From an uncultured Eubacteriales bacterium (GTDB lineage: Bacteria > Bacillota > Clostridia > TANB77 > CAG-508): a DNA stretch of 64,000 nt. Positions 60,302-64,000 of the stretch are shown in pieces; the stretch's first letter is position 1; every line of letters starts with the position of its first letter. A model generated the notes under the pieces. That model searched no databases. It had not been told where the DNA came from and saw only the letters and a list, made by a program, of their open reading frames with translations. The stretch spans positions 25,610 through 89,609 of the forward strand of contig CAOJUE010000003.1 in the NCBI GenBank assembly GCA_948443845.1, written 5' to 3'. Position numbers and translations under genes: made by a program.

Positions 60302-61441
60302 TCAAATCAATTTTTCAGCAACTTCCCTAGCGTCTTTATCTAATTTTAGGACATTTTCAATGCTCGAAATTTCAAGAGATGGATAGTGATTTAGTGTCTT
60401 CTCCAAAATCTCTGGAATATCCACAAATTTTATTTTTTTATCTAAAAATGCTTGCACGGCAATTTCATCAGAAGCGTTTAGAATAATTTGCTTACCTAAA
60501 TTTCCGGCACAATCGTATGCCAATTTGAGACATTTGAATTTTTCGAAATTTGGTTTTCGGAAAGTAAATGTTGGCATGTTAAAAATGTCCAATTTTTCAA
60601 CTGTATTTTCCAATCTGTTTGGATAATCAAGTGCATAGGCAATTGGAATTTCCATCGATTTTGGACCAATATTTGCCATAATGGTTCCATCACAAAATTG
60701 GACCATCGAATGAATTAGACTTTGTGCATGCACAACTACTTGAATTTTTTCCTTTGGCACGCCAAACAAATACATTGCCTCTATCACTTCAAATCCTTTA
60801 TTCATCATAGATGCAGAATCAATCGTAATTTTTGCACCCATTGACCAAGTTGGATGATTTAAAGCCTGTTCAGGTGTGATTTTGTCTGTTATTTCTTTGT
60901 CAAAGAATGGTCCGCCAGATGCAGTTAGCAAAATTTTATCAATCGGATTGTTTGTTTCGCCATTCAGACATTGCATAATCGCACTATGTTCGCTATCAAC
61001 TGTCAAAAGTGTTGCATGATATTTTTTTGCTGCCTCAATAATTAGATCCCCGCCAGTTACCAGCACTTCCTTATTTGCCAAAGCAATGATTTTTCCAGCT
61101 TGAATCATATGATACGTTGGTTTCAAACCTGCAATTCCAACCAAAGCAGACACACCAATATCATAATCCGTAAGACGAGATATTTCGTCCATGCCTTCTT
61201 CATCACAATAAATATCTAAGTTTGGAAACGTATTTTTTAGAGTTTGTGCATTTTCTGCAGAAGAAATATAAACATGTTTGGGGTTAAATTCTTTGATTTG
61301 TTCAATTAATTTCGTAATATTTTTTCCAGCCACTAAAATGGAAATTTCAAATTTATCACGATGCGTACGAACAACATTTAAGGTGCTTGTTCCAATCGAA
61401 CCTGTGCTACCAAAGATAGCAATTCTTTTTAAATCAGCCAT
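60302..61441 (-). CDS. dxr: 1-deoxy-D-xylulose 5-phosphate reductoisomerase
   Basis: N-terminal MADLKRIAIFGSTGSIGTSTLNVV NADPH-binding motif; the ORF track's upstream extension (to 61693) is unlikely to be translated. Confidence 0.85.
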   Translation of the reverse strand: MADLKRIAIFGSTGSIGTSTLNVVRTHRDKFEISILVAGKNITKLIEQIKEFNPKHVYISSAENAQTLKNTFPNLDIYCDEEGMDEISRLTDYDIGVSALVGIAGLKPTYHMIQAGKIIALANKEVLVTGGDLIIEAAKKYHATLLTVDSEHSAIMQCLNGETNNPIDKILLTASGGPFFDKEITDKITPEQALNHPTWSMGAKITIDSASMMNKGFEVIEAMYLFGVPKEKIQVVVHAQSLIHSMVQFCDGTIMANIGPKSMEIPIAYALDYPNRLENTVEKLDIFNMPTFTFRKPNFEKFKCLKLAYDCAGNLGKQIILNASDEIAVQAFLDKKIKFVDIPEILEKTLNHYPSLEISSIENVLKLDKDAREVAEKLI

Positions 61442-61559
61442 AAAAGTCCTCCTTAATATTAATATTTTCATTATATAATGATGAGAAATCTCTGTCAAGA
61501 AATAAAGGAGTATTTTTTTCGTTTGCCAGAATATATATAAATAAGTTTTGGAGGAATTT

Positions 61560-62129
61560 ATGGGATTTTTAGAAACCATTTTATTAAGCGTAGCGCTTGC
61601 CATGGATGCTTTTGCAGTGGCGATTTGCAAAGGTTTGGCAATGGCAAAAATGAATTGGAAAAAAGCTGTTATTATCGGCTTATATTTTGGCATTTTCCAA
61701 GCACTTATGCCAATGATAGGTTATTTTTTAGGAAGCAGATTTGAAACAATTGTAACAAGTATTGACCATTGGATAGCCTTTATTCTATTAACCATAATTG
61801 GTGGGAAAATGATAAAAGATGCTTTTGAAAATACTTGCCCCAATTGCGACGACGACACCAGCCCTAAATCCATGCTCATGCTTGCAATTGCTACTAGTAT
61901 TGATGCTTTGGCGGTAGGAATTATGTTGGCGTTTTTGAATGTTAATTTGATACTGGCAACTAGTTTGATTGGGGTGATAACATTTGCGTTGGCAATAGTA
62001 GGTGTAAAAATTGGCAATATTTTTGGTGATAAATATGAGAAAAAGGCGGAACTCGTAGGTGGTTGTATTTTGATTTTAATGGGAATTAAGATTTTGTTGG
62101 AACATTTGGAAATTGTGATGATTTTTTAA
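61560..62129 (+). CDS. mntP: manganese efflux pump MntP (DUF204)
   Basis: [22 protein letters not shown]... two-repeat DUF204 membrane protein; RBS ggagga. Confidence 0.75.
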   Translation: MGFLETILLSVALAMDAFAVAICKGLAMAKMNWKKAVIIGLYFGIFQALMPMIGYFLGSRFETIVTSIDHWIAFILLTIIGGKMIKDAFENTCPNCDDDTSPKSMLMLAIATSIDALAVGIMLAFLNVNLILATSLIGVITFALAIVGVKIGNIFGDKYEKKAELVGGCILILMGIKILLEHLEIVMIF

Positions 62130-62228
62130 AGAGTATGGTTTCTTTTTGCACAGCAAAAAAATGTTGACATTTTATGTAAAATATAGTATAATTTAAGTAG
62201 AAATCATATAGTACAAAGGAGAATGATA

Positions 62229-64000
62229 TGAAAAATGAAGAAGTATTAATTAAAAAAGTTGCTGCCCAAATAGCTCAAAAAGGTGGGAAGATTTATTTTG
62301 TTGGTGGCTGTGTAAGAGATAAGAATTTGGGCTTAGAGAATAAAGATATTGATGTAGAAATGTATGGACTAGATTTGGGAGAAATAAGAGAGATTTTAGA
62401 GAAATTTGGAAAAATTGATTTGGTAGGAGCATCTTTTGGAATTTATAAAATTCATGGTGTGGATATTGATTTTTGTTTTCCTAGAAAAGAAACGTTGATT
62501 GGTAAAGGGCATAAAGATTTCGAAGTCAGTATAGAACCTTATATATCGACCAAAGATGCTGCCAAAAGAAGAGATTTTACCATTAATTCGATTATGCAAG
62601 ATGTCAATACTGGGGAAATCATCGATCATTTTGATGGAATAGGAGATTTGAAGAGAAAAATAATCAAACATATTGATGATGGAACTTTTATGGAAGATCC
62701 TCTGCGTGTACTTAGAGCCTGCCAATTCTCAGCAAGGTTGGGTTTTGAAATTGATGAAAGAACAGTGGAATTATGTAAAAAGATTGACATTACTACATTA
62801 CCAATCGAAAGAATTTATGAAGAGATAAAAAAGGGATTCATGAAAGCGGAAAAACCTTCTGTTTTTATACAAAAATTAATGCAGATAGAAAAATTAGAAG
62901 CAATATTTCCTAATATTTGTATAGAACAAGAAAATATGCAACAAATCTGTGATTTATTGGATAATTCTGCTCACAATAAGGGAAAGTCCAACCATCCAGA
63001 ATATTTTATGTTTGCTTCTTTTGTGTATGGATTGAAGAAAATGGATCGAAAAGCAGATGTAAAAGAACTGGTACAAGCATTATCCAAAAATAAAGAATTT
63101 GGTGTAGCTGTGGAGAATTTAATAAATAAAAAGTTGGAATTAGACGAAATGATTGAAAATAGGAAAGAGCTTACAGACTATCAATTAAAAAAATTGGCGA
63201 TTGAAAGTATCGATAAGTACCATGTTTTTAATATTGATGATGTCGTATTATTGGAGCAATCTAGTCAGTTACAAGGAGAATTGATAAGTGAGCAATTGAG
63301 CAAAAGAGTCAATCAAATTGGCTTAAATGAAAATCGAACCATTGAGCGAAAATATACAGGGAAAGATTTAAAAGAATTAGGAATTTCGAAAGGTAAAAGG
63401 TGTGGAGAAATTTTAGATGAGATTTTTGAATTGCAGTTACAAGATGTTCCAGATGAAGAAATTCAAAAGTATTTAAACGATATCTCCCAAAAAGAATTCG
63501 TCAAAAAGATTGCTAACAAAGTAGCTCAAAAAGGAGGAAATTGTTACTTTTTTGGGGGGTATGTAAGAGACAGAATTATTGGGAAAAAGCCAAATGATAT
63601 GGATATTCAAATAATTGGTATGGCAAATGAGGAATTAAAGAAGGTTTTAGAGAATTTTGGAGAGGTTGTATTGATTGGAAAATCTTTTCCAATATTGAAA
63701 TTGAAAAGTGGTGTTGATATTGATTTTTTGACACCTGAAGATGAAAAAGGAAATTTATTATCTGTTAAAGATGCACAGAAACGTATTGATTTTACAATGA
63801 ATAGTGTTTTTGAAGATGTTTTGACAGGAGAAAGAGTGGATTATTTTCGTGGGGTAGAAGATATCAAACGAAAAGTTATTCATATGACAGATAAAGAAAC
63901 TTTTTCCAAAGATAAAGTGCGAAGTCTGAGAGCTTGTCGATTTGCAAGCGAATTGAATTTTGATATTTCACAAGATACAATGAATGAATGCCAGAAATTT
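62229..64000 (+). CDS. CCA tRNA nucleotidyltransferase / poly(A) polymerase family protein with two tandem head domains; 3' truncated by window edge
   Basis: Open frame with no stop from 62229 to the window end. NTase motifs GGCVRDKNLG..DIDVE at the start and again GGYVRDRIIGKKPNDMDIQI near 63,540. Promoter TTGACA-17-TATAAT at 62164-62192. Confidence 0.65.

Noticed and set aside
62250-62725. Minus-strand ORFs 62250-62432 and 62396-62725
   Set aside because: They overlap the long uninterrupted plus-strand CCA-nucleotidyltransferase frame, which carries clear NTase motifs; spurious.
1-64000. tRNA/rRNA genes
   Set aside because: No segment shows cloverleaf-compatible GC-rich structure with a T-loop (GTTCRANYC) motif; none called.

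Overview
This is a low-GC Firmicutes (Clostridia/Tissierellia-like) chromosomal window. Read left to right it holds: a radC-like gene; the cell-shape genes mreC, mreD and PBP2, plus minC with no mreB, minD or minE nearby; two co-transcribed giant (~1700 and ~2130 aa) surface-adhesin-like proteins built from Cna-B/SdrD-B-type repeats; a cell-wall polysaccharide modification cluster (pyruvyl transferase, two GT2 enzymes, a histidine phosphatase); a Ca2+/Na+ antiporter; a Fic protein; a trimeric [FeFe]-hydrogenase operon (NuoE-like, NuoF-like, HydA); pyrB; a U32 peptidase; and the dcw genes murE-mraY-ftsW-murG followed by topA. The most interesting part is an ~18-kb integrated mobile element (about 41,634-59,670). 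It carries a large serine recombinase at its right end and RepA_N-like, ParB-like and TnpV-like genes at its left end. It sits inside a peptidase-M15/PG-binding cell-wall hydrolase gene, and the two halves of that gene re-join in frame across a near-palindromic att core. The element's cargo is a dense defence-type island. It holds a translationally coupled DUF3883 nuclease-like / MazG / MazG / DUF2075-ATPase operon (the main candidate for a novel system), a KAP NTPase, a hypothetical + Clp-D2-like AAA+ pair, a Fic protein with a palindromic operator, a metallophosphoesterase pair, a Panacea-antitoxin/toxin pair and a 157-bp tandem repeat. To the right of the element lie dxr, mntP and a tandem-domain CCA-type nucleotidyltransferase. 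At least five genes, several of them essential (hydA, hydB, ftsW, topA, antiporter), carry single-base G/C insertion frameshifts. These are most likely sequencing artefacts rather than true pseudogenes.
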